This document shows positions 1 to 8,504 of a DNA stretch of 64,000 bases, one piece after another. This stretch comes from Desulfuromonadales bacterium (GTDB taxonomy: Bacteria; Desulfobacterota; Desulfuromonadia; Desulfuromonadales; Geopsychrobacteraceae). The stretch spans positions 59,091 through 123,090 of the forward strand of contig JAVVDY010000005.1 of assembly GCA_032251255.1 (NCBI GenBank), in the 5' to 3' direction. The notes under the pieces were generated by a model that was not told the origin of the DNA, did no database searches, and saw only the letters and a program-made list of their open reading frames with translations. How positions within the stretch are numbered: the first letter of the stretch is position 1; each line of letters starts with the position of its first letter. Made by a program: the position numbers and the translations under genes.

Positions 1-180
1 TGTTGCCAGCAGAACAGAGCGCAGCATTTCGTGGATCCTTCCCCCTCCCCCAAAAAAAAACCGGACATAGCGATTCGGTGTTCATCAAAGTCAAATTAGA
101 CATCTATCATGATACATAATTAAAATTGAAAAAACCAGAGAAACTTGAGGGATGTGGATCGAATCGCTCGCCAGAAAAAC

Positions 181-216
181 AGAGGGCCGGCCTGGAAAAT
201 TCCAGGCCGGCCCTCT
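181..216 (-). terminator. Intrinsic terminator hairpin downstream of the cytochrome gene
   Basis: Perfect 16-bp inverted repeat gagggccggcctggaa/ttccaggccggccctc with a 4-nt loop. On the minus strand it is followed by a T-run (reverse complement of cagaaaaac at 172-180). Confidence 0.7.
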
Positions 217-237
217 GCATGACAACCTCAAGTTAAT

Positions 238-555
238 TTACTTAACGTGACACTCTTTGCACTTGGTCGGGCCACCATTGTCCTTGTGGCACCCTTTGCA
301 CTGGTCATGGAAAGCCTTCTTGGCATCGGGAGCGGCCTTATCGACACCGTGGCAGGTGGTACACGTGCCTGCTTCAACGCCTTTGTGGTGGCATGTGGTG
401 CAATCATTGGCGGCATGCTTGGCGTGGCTGAAAGTAATCGCGCCCATCTTTCCCCCTTTGAGCACGACATCATCAGCGGGAGCATCAACGGCAACAGCTA
501 CGGCAACACTGGCGACAAAAGCGAGAACAGCAAACAGAACGACCAATTTTTTCAT
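238..555 (-). CDS. Small periplasmic multihaem cytochrome c on a c7/c3 scaffold, with four CXXCH motifs
   Basis: 105-aa ORF with a signal peptide (MKKLVVLFAVLAFVASVAVAVA). It has CTTCH, CTTCH, CKGCH and CKECH, and exactly 8 His in the ~82-aa mature part. It is collinear with Desulfuromonas/Geobacter c7 sequences, e.g. VxFxHxxH near the N-terminus and GPTKCxxCH at the C-terminus. Confidence 0.9.
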   Translation of the reverse strand: MKKLVVLFAVLAFVASVAVAVAVDAPADDVVLKGGKMGAITFSHAKHAANDCTTCHHKGVEAGTCTTCHGVDKAAPDAKKAFHDQCKGCHKDNGGPTKCKECHVK

Positions 556-604
556 GATTTTCTCCTTGACGACTAGATTGAATGATACAACGAAAATTCT
601 GGCT

Positions 605-635
605 GAAATTATTACAACTCAACCACTCCTGTCAA
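605..635 (-). promoter_or_regulatory. Candidate sigma-70 promoter of the cytochrome gene
   Basis: On the minus strand: TTGACA (630-635), then a 15-17 nt spacer, then TAATAAT. It lies about 50 nt upstream of the GGAGAA RBS and ATG. Confidence 0.35.
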
Positions 636-642
636 CCCATAT

Positions 643-659
643 TCGTATACTGTATACGA
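643..659. promoter_or_regulatory. 17-bp perfect palindrome (candidate transcription-factor site) just upstream of the cytochrome -35
   Basis: tcgtatac-t-gtatacga read directly. It ends 7 nt upstream of the putative -35 box. Confidence 0.4.
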
Positions 660-672
660 TTAAACAGTTCGG

Positions 673-1197
673 CTAGGCCAGCCCGTCGGCAGCCAGCTTC
701 TGCTGGATCTTTTCCGACTTCTTGATGACACCACTCGCCATGTCCTGCTTAAATGCGACCAGCTTCTCAGCGATCTGCGGGTCTGCTGTCGCCAGAATCT
801 GGGCCGAAAAAATTCCCGCATTGCGGGCTCCCGCCGGGCCTATCGCCATGGTCGCCACCGGAATCCCGGCAGGCATCTGGACCATCGCCAGCAGCGCGTC
901 CAGCCCCTGCAGCGAAGTCGCGTCGATCGGGACGGCAACCACCGGCAGGGTTGTCTCTGCGGCGACCACCCCGGCCAGATGCGCAGCAGCGCCGGCGCCG
1001 GCAATCAACACCCGGATCCCCCGTTCCCTTGCTTCGCTGACATACTTCGCGGTTCTTTCCGGTGTCCGGTGCGCACTCGATACGATCATCTCAAAGGGAA
1101 TTTCAAACTGCTTGAGAACTTTCGCGGCTTCGATCATGATCTCGTAATCATTGTCGCTGCCCATAAGAATTCCAACCAGCGGCTTATTGTCACTCAT
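673..1197 (-). CDS. purE: N5-carboxyaminoimidazole ribonucleotide mutase
   Basis: 174 aa. GILMGSDNDY...SAHRTPE...IAGAGAAAHLAGVVAA is the typical PurE signature. Confidence 0.95.
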   Translation of the reverse strand: MSDNKPLVGILMGSDNDYEIMIEAAKVLKQFEIPFEMIVSSAHRTPERTAKYVSEARERGIRVLIAGAGAAAHLAGVVAAETTLPVVAVPIDATSLQGLDALLAMVQMPAGIPVATMAIGPAGARNAGIFSAQILATADPQIAEKLVAFKQDMASGVIKKSEKIQQKLAADGLA

Positions 1198-1225
1198 CTG
1201 TTTACTCCGTCGTTATTTAGTCTTG

Positions 1226-2497
1226 TTATCGGTTCAGCGCCCGCGCGCCGATATCTTTGCGATAGTGAGCATCCTGCCAATCGATTGCCGCTACACCTTC
1301 ATAGGCCTTATCGATAGCCTCACGGACAGTGCTCCCCAATCCGGTCACACCGAGCACCCGTCCGCCATTGTTGACAATCTGCCCCTCTTTAAGCAGCGTA
1401 CCGGCGTGAAAGACAACCAGATCCTCCAGCTGTGCGGCCTGCTCCAGACCTGCAATCGGCAGACCTTTTTCGAATGCCCCCGGATAGCCACCGGACGCCA
1501 TCACCACGCATACGGCGGCCTTGTCATACCACTCGATGGAATCCTGCTGCAGCTCACCCCTGGCGCAGGCCTGCAGAACCGGTACGATATCCGATTTCAT
1601 CCGCATCAGCAGCGGCTGGGCCTCAGGATCCCCGAAACGGGCATTGTACTCGACGACCCGGGGCTGACCGTCCTTGATCATCAGGCCGACGTAGAGGATG
1701 CCGACATAGGGACAGCCGTCTTCAGCCATCCCGGCAACGGTCGGCCTGACAATCGTGTCAACAATAATATCGTGCAATTCTTCCGTGACAACCGGAGCCG
1801 GGGAATACGCTCCCATGCCACCGGTATTCGGGCCCTCGTCATTATCATTAACCCGTTTATGGTCCTGCGAAGAGGCGAGTGGCAGAATATTTCTGCCATC
1901 CGTGAAAGCAAAGAAAGACGCCTCCTCGCCATCCATGAATTCCTCGATCACCACACTGGCACCTGCAGCGCCGAAGACCTTGTCGAGCATGATGTCATCA
2001 ACCGCGGCGATCGCCTGTTCCTCGGACATCGCCACGATGACACCCTTGCCCGCTGCCAGCCCATCGGCCTTGACCACAATCGGTGCGCCCTGCTCCCTGA
2101 TGTAGCTCACCGCGTCCGCGTGATCTGTGAAACACTGATAGGCTGCCGTCGGGATATTATGCCTCGCCATCAGGTCCTTGGAGAACCCCTTGCTCCCCTC
2201 GATCTGCGCCGCCGCCCTGTTGGGACCGAAGATCTCAAGGCCGGCGGCCTGAAAAGTATCGACGATGCCCTTGGTCAGCGGCACTTCCGGGCCGACCACG
2301 GTCAGGTCGATCTGTTCCGCCATGGCGAAATCACAGAGCACGTCGATTTCATCGGCGCCGATATGGACACATTCAGCCAGCTCGGCAATTCCGGGGTTGC
2401 CCGGCGCGCAGTAGATCTTGTCGACCAGCGGCGACTGGGCGATCTTCCAGACCAGGGCATGTTCCCGGCCGCCTCCGCCGACAACCAATACTTTCAT
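1226..2497 (-). CDS. purD: Phosphoribosylamine-glycine ligase
   Basis: 423 aa. MKVLVVGGGGREHALVWK start, ATP-grasp core and C-terminal GGRVLGVT motif. Confidence 0.96.
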   Translation of the reverse strand: MKVLVVGGGGREHALVWKIAQSPLVDKIYCAPGNPGIAELAECVHIGADEIDVLCDFAMAEQIDLTVVGPEVPLTKGIVDTFQAAGLEIFGPNRAAAQIEGSKGFSKDLMARHNIPTAAYQCFTDHADAVSYIREQGAPIVVKADGLAAGKGVIVAMSEEQAIAAVDDIMLDKVFGAAGASVVIEEFMDGEEASFFAFTDGRNILPLASSQDHKRVNDNDEGPNTGGMGAYSPAPVVTEELHDIIVDTIVRPTVAGMAEDGCPYVGILYVGLMIKDGQPRVVEYNARFGDPEAQPLLMRMKSDIVPVLQACARGELQQDSIEWYDKAAVCVVMASGGYPGAFEKGLPIAGLEQAAQLEDLVVFHAGTLLKEGQIVNNGGRVLGVTGLGSTVREAIDKAYEGVAAIDWQDAHYRKDIGARALNR

Positions 2498-2593
2498 CTC
2501 GCTCTCTCCTTGGCTTGAACCACTGAGACATGGAAAATGCCCGATAAAGCATTTCTCTCATTGCCTCTATGTCTCGGTAGTCATTTTCAAATC

Positions 2594-4159
2594 TTAGTGA
2601 CGGAAATGTCGCATCCCGGTAAACACCATAGCGATGCCGTGTTCGTCAGCCGCGGCAATAACCTCCTCGTCGCGGATCGATCCTCCCGGCTGAATAACCG
2701 CCGTCACCCCGGCGGCCGCCGCATTGTCAATGCCGTCGCGGAAGGGGAAAAACGCATCCGAGGCCATGGCCGAGCCCTGCACGTCAAGTCCCGCGTGCTC
2801 GGCCTTGATAACTGCGATCCGGGCCGAATTGACCCGGCTCATCTGACCGGCGCCGACGCCGATGGTCATGCCGTCCTTGCCGTAGACGATCGCGTTCGAC
2901 TTGACGAACTTGGCCACCCGCCAGGCAAACTGGAGGTCCTCCATCTCCCTGGCGGTCGGCACCCGCTTGGTCACCACCTGCAAATCGGCGCTCAGATCCA
3001 GATCAGCATCCTGCACCAAAAGTCCGCCGTTGACCCGTTTGAAATCAAAACGCTGAGCGCCTTCGGCAGGCCATTCGCCGCATTCGAGGAGACGCACGTT
3101 CTTCTTCGCCGCCACCACGTCAGAGGCCGCAGCGGAAACCTTCGGCGCGATGATCACCTCGACGAACTGTTTGTCGACGATCGCCTGAGCGGTCTCCTCG
3201 TCCAACTCCCTGTTAAACGCGATGATCCCGCCGAATGCGGACTCGGGGTCGGTGGAAAAGGCCCGCTGGTATGCGTCGAGGAGGTTCTCACCGACCGCTA
3301 CGCCGCAAGGGTTGGCATGCTTGACGATAACGCAGGCCGGACCTTCATTGAACTGCTTGACGCACTCCAGGGCGGCATCGGTATCGCCGATATTATTATA
3401 AGAGAGCGCCTTGCCCTGCAGTTGCCTTGCCGTGGCGATGGACGCCTCGGTGACATTCTTTTCCACGTAAAAGGCCGCTTTCTGGTGGGGGTTCTCACCG
3501 TAGCGCATCCCCTGGGCCTTCTTGAACTGCAGACTGAGCGCCGAAGGGAACAGCGCCGACTCCTCATCGACCTTGCAGCCGAGCCAGTTGGAGATGGCGC
3601 CGTCATAGGCTGCGGTGTGCTGATAAACCTTGATCGCCAGCTTGAAGTTTGTTTCAGCAGAGACCGCTCCGCCATGCTGCTTCATCTCCTCGATCACCGG
3701 GGCATAGTCTGCGGGATCGACCAGTACGGTCACTGAGCGATTGTTCTTGGCCGCGCTGCGCAACATGGTCGGGCCGCCGATGTCGATATTCTCGATGGCA
3801 TCTTCCAATGTGCAGTCCGGCCTGGCGACGGTCGCCTCGAAGGGGTAGAGGTTGACCACCACCAGATCGATCGGGTCGATGCCGTGCTGCTCCATGGTCG
3901 CGACATGCTCCGGGTTGTCCCGCAGCCCGAGCAGGCCTCCATGAACTTTGGGATGGAGAGTTTTCACCCGCCCGTCGAGCATTTCCGGGAACCCGGTAAA
4001 CTCCGACACGTCCTTGACCGGAATCCCCTCGTCACGGATCATTTTTGCGGTTCCCCCGGTAGAGAGAATTTCAACTCCGAAACCGTTCAGATCCCTGGCC
4101 AGTTCAACGATCCCCGCCTTGTCGGAGACGGAGATCAGCGCTCGTTTGATGACAGCCAT
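2594..4159 (-). CDS. purH: Bifunctional AICAR formyltransferase / IMP cyclohydrolase
   Basis: 521 aa. [10 protein letters not shown]...STGGTA...[12 protein letters not shown]-terminal MGS domain, and a C-terminus ending MRHFRH. Confidence 0.97.
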   Translation of the reverse strand: MAVIKRALISVSDKAGIVELARDLNGFGVEILSTGGTAKMIRDEGIPVKDVSEFTGFPEMLDGRVKTLHPKVHGGLLGLRDNPEHVATMEQHGIDPIDLVVVNLYPFEATVARPDCTLEDAIENIDIGGPTMLRSAAKNNRSVTVLVDPADYAPVIEEMKQHGGAVSAETNFKLAIKVYQHTAAYDGAISNWLGCKVDEESALFPSALSLQFKKAQGMRYGENPHQKAAFYVEKNVTEASIATARQLQGKALSYNNIGDTDAALECVKQFNEGPACVIVKHANPCGVAVGENLLDAYQRAFSTDPESAFGGIIAFNRELDEETAQAIVDKQFVEVIIAPKVSAAASDVVAAKKNVRLLECGEWPAEGAQRFDFKRVNGGLLVQDADLDLSADLQVVTKRVPTAREMEDLQFAWRVAKFVKSNAIVYGKDGMTIGVGAGQMSRVNSARIAVIKAEHAGLDVQGSAMASDAFFPFRDGIDNAAAAGVTAVIQPGGSIRDEEVIAAADEHGIAMVFTGMRHFRH

Positions 4160-4247
4160 AGCAGCACCCTTTCTTGAATAAATAGGTAGTGAAATCTATA
4201 AGTCTCCCGGCAGGGGTACGGACGTTGCGATGCCGTAAACGCCGGAT

Positions 4248-4285
4248 AAAAAAACGAAGAAAGGACAGTCGCTGGAAGACTGTCC
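4248..4285 (-). terminator. Intrinsic terminator after the ASKHA gene
   Basis: Minus-strand hairpin ggacagtc-ttccagc-gactgtcc followed by TTTCTTCGTTTTTTT. Confidence 0.75.
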
Positions 4286-4310
4286 ATAACTGTCAGAGGC
4301 TCAGACTCGC

Positions 4311-5543
4311 CTATGCAAAATCAAGCGAACCGAGGAAGCTCTGTTCGAATGCGGGTGTACCCGAAAGGGGATAGGGCTTCAGCTCGGCAGCGAGTCGCTG
4401 CACCCGCTTTTCCCCGCCCTTTTCTAAAAGCTGAACCATCACTCCATCCAGTACCGCAGAAGGGAGGAAGCGGACCTTATCTAGCATGATTTCAGGGAGC
4501 ATGGCAACCCCTTTCAGATCCGCTACCGGGAGCGCCGTCCCCAACGCCCCGGCAATACGGACCGAGGTGACATCACCGGGCGTCACACCGGTTCGTTGCA
4601 GCAGACAGGCGACCCCCGCCGAGACCGCTCCCTTGGCCAATTGAAACGCTCTTACATCCTGCTGGCTGATCAACAATCGGCGTCGCGCATCATAGTACAG
4701 CTGCAGAAAAACCTCCCCGGCTGATTCAACCAGAAATCGGGAGAGCGGGGTGTCCACTTCAGAGCAGGGGCGGATTCTCCCCTGTGAATCGAGCAGCCCC
4801 GCCTTGAGCGCCGTACTGATTGCCGAAAAAAAACCGCTGCCGCAGATCCCGACCGGAGCAACCGCGCCGACGACGTCCAGTTCGATCCGTTCGGAATCAC
4901 AGCTGACACGCTGAATCGCTCCGGTCCCATGGCGCATTCCGCAGGACAGGTGCCCGGCCTCGAAAGCGGGTCCCGCAGCCACCGACGTCACCAGCCATTG
5001 ACGGCCATCCCACAGGGCCAGCTCGGCATTGGTTCCCAGGTCGATATAGAGAGTCGGTTCGGCGGGCTGCTCACCGGCCAGCACAACCGCCACCAGATCA
5101 CCGCCGACATAACCGCTGACCAGAGGAAAAAGGTAGAACGGGACCGGAAGGTTGATGCCGCTGCCCCGAGAGTCCAGAAAAGCACCGGCGAGATAGTCCG
5201 GCCGATGAGGAGGGAAGAGGATTTGTTCGACCGGCCGGCCGGCCAGCAGGAGCGAGACCGCCGGGTTTGCCGCAACAGCGGCGGCCGAGACATCTGCGAG
5301 CTCCGATCCGGCCTGACCAAGCAGCTTATCAACCAGCCGGTTCACGGCGTCTGCCAAAAGCGCCTGGAGTTCTTCAGCCTTGCCGGAGCAGGCAGCCTCC
5401 AGACGCCTGATAACGTCATCACCAAACTTGTTTTGCGGATTATCCGTCACCGCCTCGGCAAGCACCGCGCCATCCGCCGTAGCCAGTCGGCCTGCGAGGG
5501 TCGTGGTTCCCAGATCAAGCCCGAGGAGAATCGGTTCAGCCAC
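4311..5543 (-). CDS. Stand-alone ASKHA-fold ATPase, DUF4445 / RACo-like (corrinoid-activase-type core without an Fe-S domain)
   Basis: LGLDLGTTTLAGRL phosphate-1 motif, then YIDLGTNAELAL...AAGPAFEAGHLSCGMRHGTGAI, typical of DUF4445. I prefer the GTG start at 5543: the longer ORF to 5663 would overlap alr by 128 nt, whereas GTG overlaps the alr stop as GTGGCTGA. Confidence 0.65.
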   Translation of the reverse strand: MAEPILLGLDLGTTTLAGRLATADGAVLAEAVTDNPQNKFGDDVIRRLEAACSGKAEELQALLADAVNRLVDKLLGQAGSELADVSAAAVAANPAVSLLLAGRPVEQILFPPHRPDYLAGAFLDSRGSGINLPVPFYLFPLVSGYVGGDLVAVVLAGEQPAEPTLYIDLGTNAELALWDGRQWLVTSVAAGPAFEAGHLSCGMRHGTGAIQRVSCDSERIELDVVGAVAPVGICGSGFFSAISTALKAGLLDSQGRIRPCSEVDTPLSRFLVESAGEVFLQLYYDARRRLLISQQDVRAFQLAKGAVSAGVACLLQRTGVTPGDVTSVRIAGALGTALPVADLKGVAMLPEIMLDKVRFLPSAVLDGVMVQLLEKGGEKRVQRLAAELKPYPLSGTPAFEQSFLGSLDFA

Positions 5544-6675
5544 CCTGCCCCTCCAGATAGCGGCGCGGCACCCGCTTACCGATCCGGCAGAAGACCTCGT
5601 AGCTGATACTGCCGACCCATTCAGCCCACTCCTCGGCACTGATCTGTTGACCATCCGCAGCACCGAGCAGGGTCACCGGATCGGCCACTTCAACCCCGGG
5701 AATCCCCGTGACATCGATCATGATCCAATCCATGCAGACTGTGCCGATCACCGGCGCACGCTGACCGCCGACCAGCACCTGGCCTCGATTGCTGAGCAGC
5801 CGATTGTAGCCGTCGGCATAGCCGATCGGCAAAACCGCAATCAGGGTCTCCCTGGCGGCATGAAAGCGATGTCCGTAGGAGACCCCGGTCCCTGGCGGAA
5901 CCCGCTTCAACAGCGAAATTCGGGTGCGCAGATGCATGACCGGCTTAAGGTCAAGCGTCTTGCGGTACTTTTCCCCCGGGATACCGCCATAGAGCATAAT
6001 CCCGGGTCTCACCAGGGTACATTCCGGACAGTCCCAGCCAACCAGTCCGGCGCTGTTGCCGATATGGATATCAGGGATGTTAAACCCTTGCGAACGGACT
6101 TCCCGCAGCAAGGCAGTGAATTTTTCCAACTGGCCCGGGGTAACATCATCCTCCATTTCATCGGCACAGGCCAGGTGTGACATCAGACCGACAAAGCGAA
6201 GCCCCCGAAGATGACCCAGCTCCGGCAACAGCTGAAGAAAGTCATCCGGGAGAAAACCGGCCCGCCCCATCCCGGTGTCCAGCTTAAGGTGAATGGCCAA
6301 TGTCTGTCCTGCCTGCCGGGCACAACGATCCAGACGGATCAGGCTCTGGCGATCACTGACCGCAGGCATCAACTGGTTCTGCAGGAACTGTTCTTCCTGC
6401 CCGGGGTAGCAGCCTCCGAGCACCAGAATCGGCTGGGCGATACCGGCCTGACGCAGCTCAAGCGCTTCCTCAAGGAGCGCGACCCCGAACTGTTCCACTC
6501 CGGCAGCCGCCAACGTCTGACTGACGGGAACCGCCCCGTGGCCGTAAGCATCCGCCTTGACCACGGCAAGGATGCGTTGTCCGGGACGACAGAATCTGGC
6601 CGCCTGGGCGAGGTTGTGGCGCAGGGCAGCAAGATCGATTTCAGCAACTGTCGGGCGTGGAGTATTGGTCATCAT
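5536..6675 (-). CDS. alr: Alanine racemase
   Basis: TVAEIDLAALRHNL...AVVKADAYGHG (PLP lysine motif)...C-terminal YEVFCRIGKRVPRRY. Start moved to ATGATG at 6675/6672, which has a GGGGAAG RBS. The 54 upstream ORF codons look non-coding. Confidence 0.9.
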   Translation of the reverse strand: MMTNTPRPTVAEIDLAALRHNLAQAARFCRPGQRILAVVKADAYGHGAVPVSQTLAAAGVEQFGVALLEEALELRQAGIAQPILVLGGCYPGQEEQFLQNQLMPAVSDRQSLIRLDRCARQAGQTLAIHLKLDTGMGRAGFLPDDFLQLLPELGHLRGLRFVGLMSHLACADEMEDDVTPGQLEKFTALLREVRSQGFNIPDIHIGNSAGLVGWDCPECTLVRPGIMLYGGIPGEKYRKTLDLKPVMHLRTRISLLKRVPPGTGVSYGHRFHAARETLIAVLPIGYADGYNRLLSNRGQVLVGGQRAPVIGTVCMDWIMIDVTGIPGVEVADPVTLLGAADGQQISAEEWAEWVGSISYEVFCRIGKRVPRRYLEGQGG

Positions 6676-6980
6676 CTGCTTCCCCTGAAAATCGGCAGAA
6701 CTCTTAAAAATCGGTATTCTAAGCCGCTCTGCATGTCCCTGTAAAGCATCCAGCCGTTGGCAGTTAAATATTATTAATAGCAATTGACACAAAACGATTG
6801 AACCTGATACGATTTTTAACTTGCGTTGGAGTGCCAATGCTTATGGCAGCAGGTCATTTGCACAAGACCAACCCACGACTTGCGGCGTAAGGTTAACCCG
6901 ACATCCTGTGCTGACGCCACCAGGCAACACTCATGGGACAACCAGGCGATGTCTGCGGGATAACCCCTAGGAGCGTACTG

Positions 6981-8408
6981 ATGCTTTCTGGTCTCTACCT
7001 GATTACCGATGACAACCGCGACGGCAACCTGCCGAAGCGGGTTCAGCAGGCACTCCTCGGCGGGGCTCGCGTGGTCCAGTATCGCGCCAAGCACCAGTCC
7101 CCTGCAGAGCGGATGGCGACTGCCGAACTGCTGCATGCCGCCTGCCGTGAGGCCGGTGCCAAATTTATCATCAATGACCTTCCCGAGATGGTCCGCGAGA
7201 TTGACGCCGACGGAGTCCATCTGGGGCAGGATGATATGCCGATCAGCGAAGCCAGGCAGATTGTCGGCCGTGACAAGCTGATCGGCATCTCCACCCACAG
7301 CGTGGACGAAGCGCTCAAAGCCGAAAGTCATGGCGCCGACTATGTCGCCCTCGGCAGCGTCTTTGCGACCGAGACCAAAGACGACGCAACGGTGGTCGGA
7401 CTCGACACCTTGAGCAAGGTCCGGCGGGCGGTGCGCATCCCTCTGGTTGCCATTGGCGGGGTTGACCCTGCCGGAGCTGACCTGGCTATCGAAGCGGGGG
7501 CTGATTCGGTCGCTGTCATCTCCGGAGTCATGAATGATGCGAACCCGGCCATCGCAGCACGTGAATATTCCTTGCTGTTTAAACGCCACTGCGACCTCCC
7601 GCGGGGCCGGGTGATGACCATTGCCGGCTCTGATTCCGGAGGTGGTGCGGGCATTCAGGCCGACCTGAAGACGATTACCCTTCTCGGCAGCTACGGCAGC
7701 AGCGTGCTGACCGCCCTGACCGCTCAGAACACCCTGGGTGTCGATGCGATCGAACCGGTCCAATCCGGATTTGTCAGCGCCCAGATCGATGCGGTTCTCT
7801 CAGATATCGGGGCCGACGCAGTAAAGACCGGCATGCTTAACTGGGGCGGGATCATCGTTCGGGTTGCCAGGGCGATCGAGCAACACGCCCTGCTCACCGT
7901 TGTTGACCCGGTGATGATCGCCAAAGGGGGGGCCAAGCTGCTCGACAAGGAAGCCATCGACAGCCTTCTGACCCATCTGATTCCAAGGGCGTTTCTGCTC
8001 ACACCGAATCTCCCCGAAGCGGAAACCCTGACCGGCATGCCGGTCGGGACCGAAGCGGAGATGGAACAGGCCGGTCGCAGCCTGCTCGAACTCGGTGCGC
8101 GCAACGTCCTGCTCAAGGGCGGACATCTGCAGGGTGCCGCCGTCGACCTGCTGTTCATCGGGGACCAGATGCATCGCCTGGAAGCACCGCGGATCGACAC
8201 CCGCAACACACACGGAACCGGCTGCACTTATTCTGCGGCCATAGCCACCTTCCTGGCCCAGGGCTACCCGTTGCTGAAAGCCGTCGAGCGGGGCAAACAG
8301 TTCATCAATCTGGCCATCGGAAATGCCGCTGATTGCGGAGCGGGGCATGGTCCCGTCAATCATTTCCGGGCAGCGCAACTGCTCGGCCAGCAAGAGGATA
8401 CAGATTAG
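6981..8408 (+). CDS. thiE/thiD: Fused thiamine-phosphate synthase (ThiE, N-terminal) and hydroxymethylpyrimidine/phosphomethylpyrimidine kinase (ThiD, C-terminal)
   Basis: N-terminal half: LYLITDD...VQYRAK...GVHLGQDD...IGISTH...GADYVALGSVF (ThiE). C-terminal half: VMTIAGSDSGGGAGIQADLKT...THGTGCTYSAAIA (ThiD). ATG at 6981 is preceded by TAGGAG. Confidence 0.9.
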   Translation: MLSGLYLITDDNRDGNLPKRVQQALLGGARVVQYRAKHQSPAERMATAELLHAACREAGAKFIINDLPEMVREIDADGVHLGQDDMPISEARQIVGRDKLIGISTHSVDEALKAESHGADYVALGSVFATETKDDATVVGLDTLSKVRRAVRIPLVAIGGVDPAGADLAIEAGADSVAVISGVMNDANPAIAAREYSLLFKRHCDLPRGRVMTIAGSDSGGGAGIQADLKTITLLGSYGSSVLTALTAQNTLGVDAIEPVQSGFVSAQIDAVLSDIGADAVKTGMLNWGGIIVRVARAIEQHALLTVVDPVMIAKGGAKLLDKEAIDSLLTHLIPRAFLLTPNLPEAETLTGMPVGTEAEMEQAGRSLLELGARNVLLKGGHLQGAAVDLLFIGDQMHRLEAPRIDTRNTHGTGCTYSAAIATFLAQGYPLLKAVERGKQFINLAIGNAADCGAGHGPVNHFRAAQLLGQQEDTD

Positions 8409-8504
8409 CTATCGACCAGAAACCGGCAACGCCAGGTTTGCTCACTTGCAGCGTCGGCAGTCCCAGAACTGTGACGCTGTTTTTCTCTGTTTACAGGAAA
8501 GCAT

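Noticed and set aside
1-27. Possible start of a minus-strand gene (ATG at 27-25, MLRSVLLAT..., with a GGAAGGA RBS) running off the left edge
   Set aside because: Only 9 codons are visible, which is too little to support a call.
1151-3736. Long plus-strand ORFs (455 aa and 399 aa) opposite purD and purH
   Set aside because: They are antisense to ORFs with unmistakable PurD/PurH sequences. Their translations are Arg/Gly/His-rich with low complexity and resemble no family. This is the typical shadow-ORF artefact of high-GC DNA.
6800-6809. GAACCUGAUA, reminiscent of the TPP-riboswitch ACCUGAUC core, upstream of thiE/thiD
   Set aside because: There is no CUGAGA element, no GGGGUGC-type P1/P2 and no pyrimidine-sensor helix nearby. 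The match appears to sit inside a sigma-70 promoter spacer (TTGACA at 6784).
5544-6837. N-terminal extensions in the ORF track for the ASKHA gene (to 5663) and alr (to 6837). Similar extensions appear for thiE/thiD, the THUMP methyltransferase, lemA, the binding protein, gabT, the beta-CASP gene and others
   Set aside because: The extensions lack family similarity, overlap neighbouring genes or promoters, and have no RBS. Internal starts with good Shine-Dalgarno sequences give canonical N-termini.
6816-7763. 315-aa minus-strand ORF opposite thiE/thiD. The same applies to 12801-13547 (opposite fba), 21008-21886 (opposite the RdgC-like gene), 24960-26936 (opposite clpA) and 34994-36439 (opposite the kinase)
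   Set aside because: Each is antisense to a well-supported gene. None has an RBS or recognisable motifs, and the amino-acid composition is biased.
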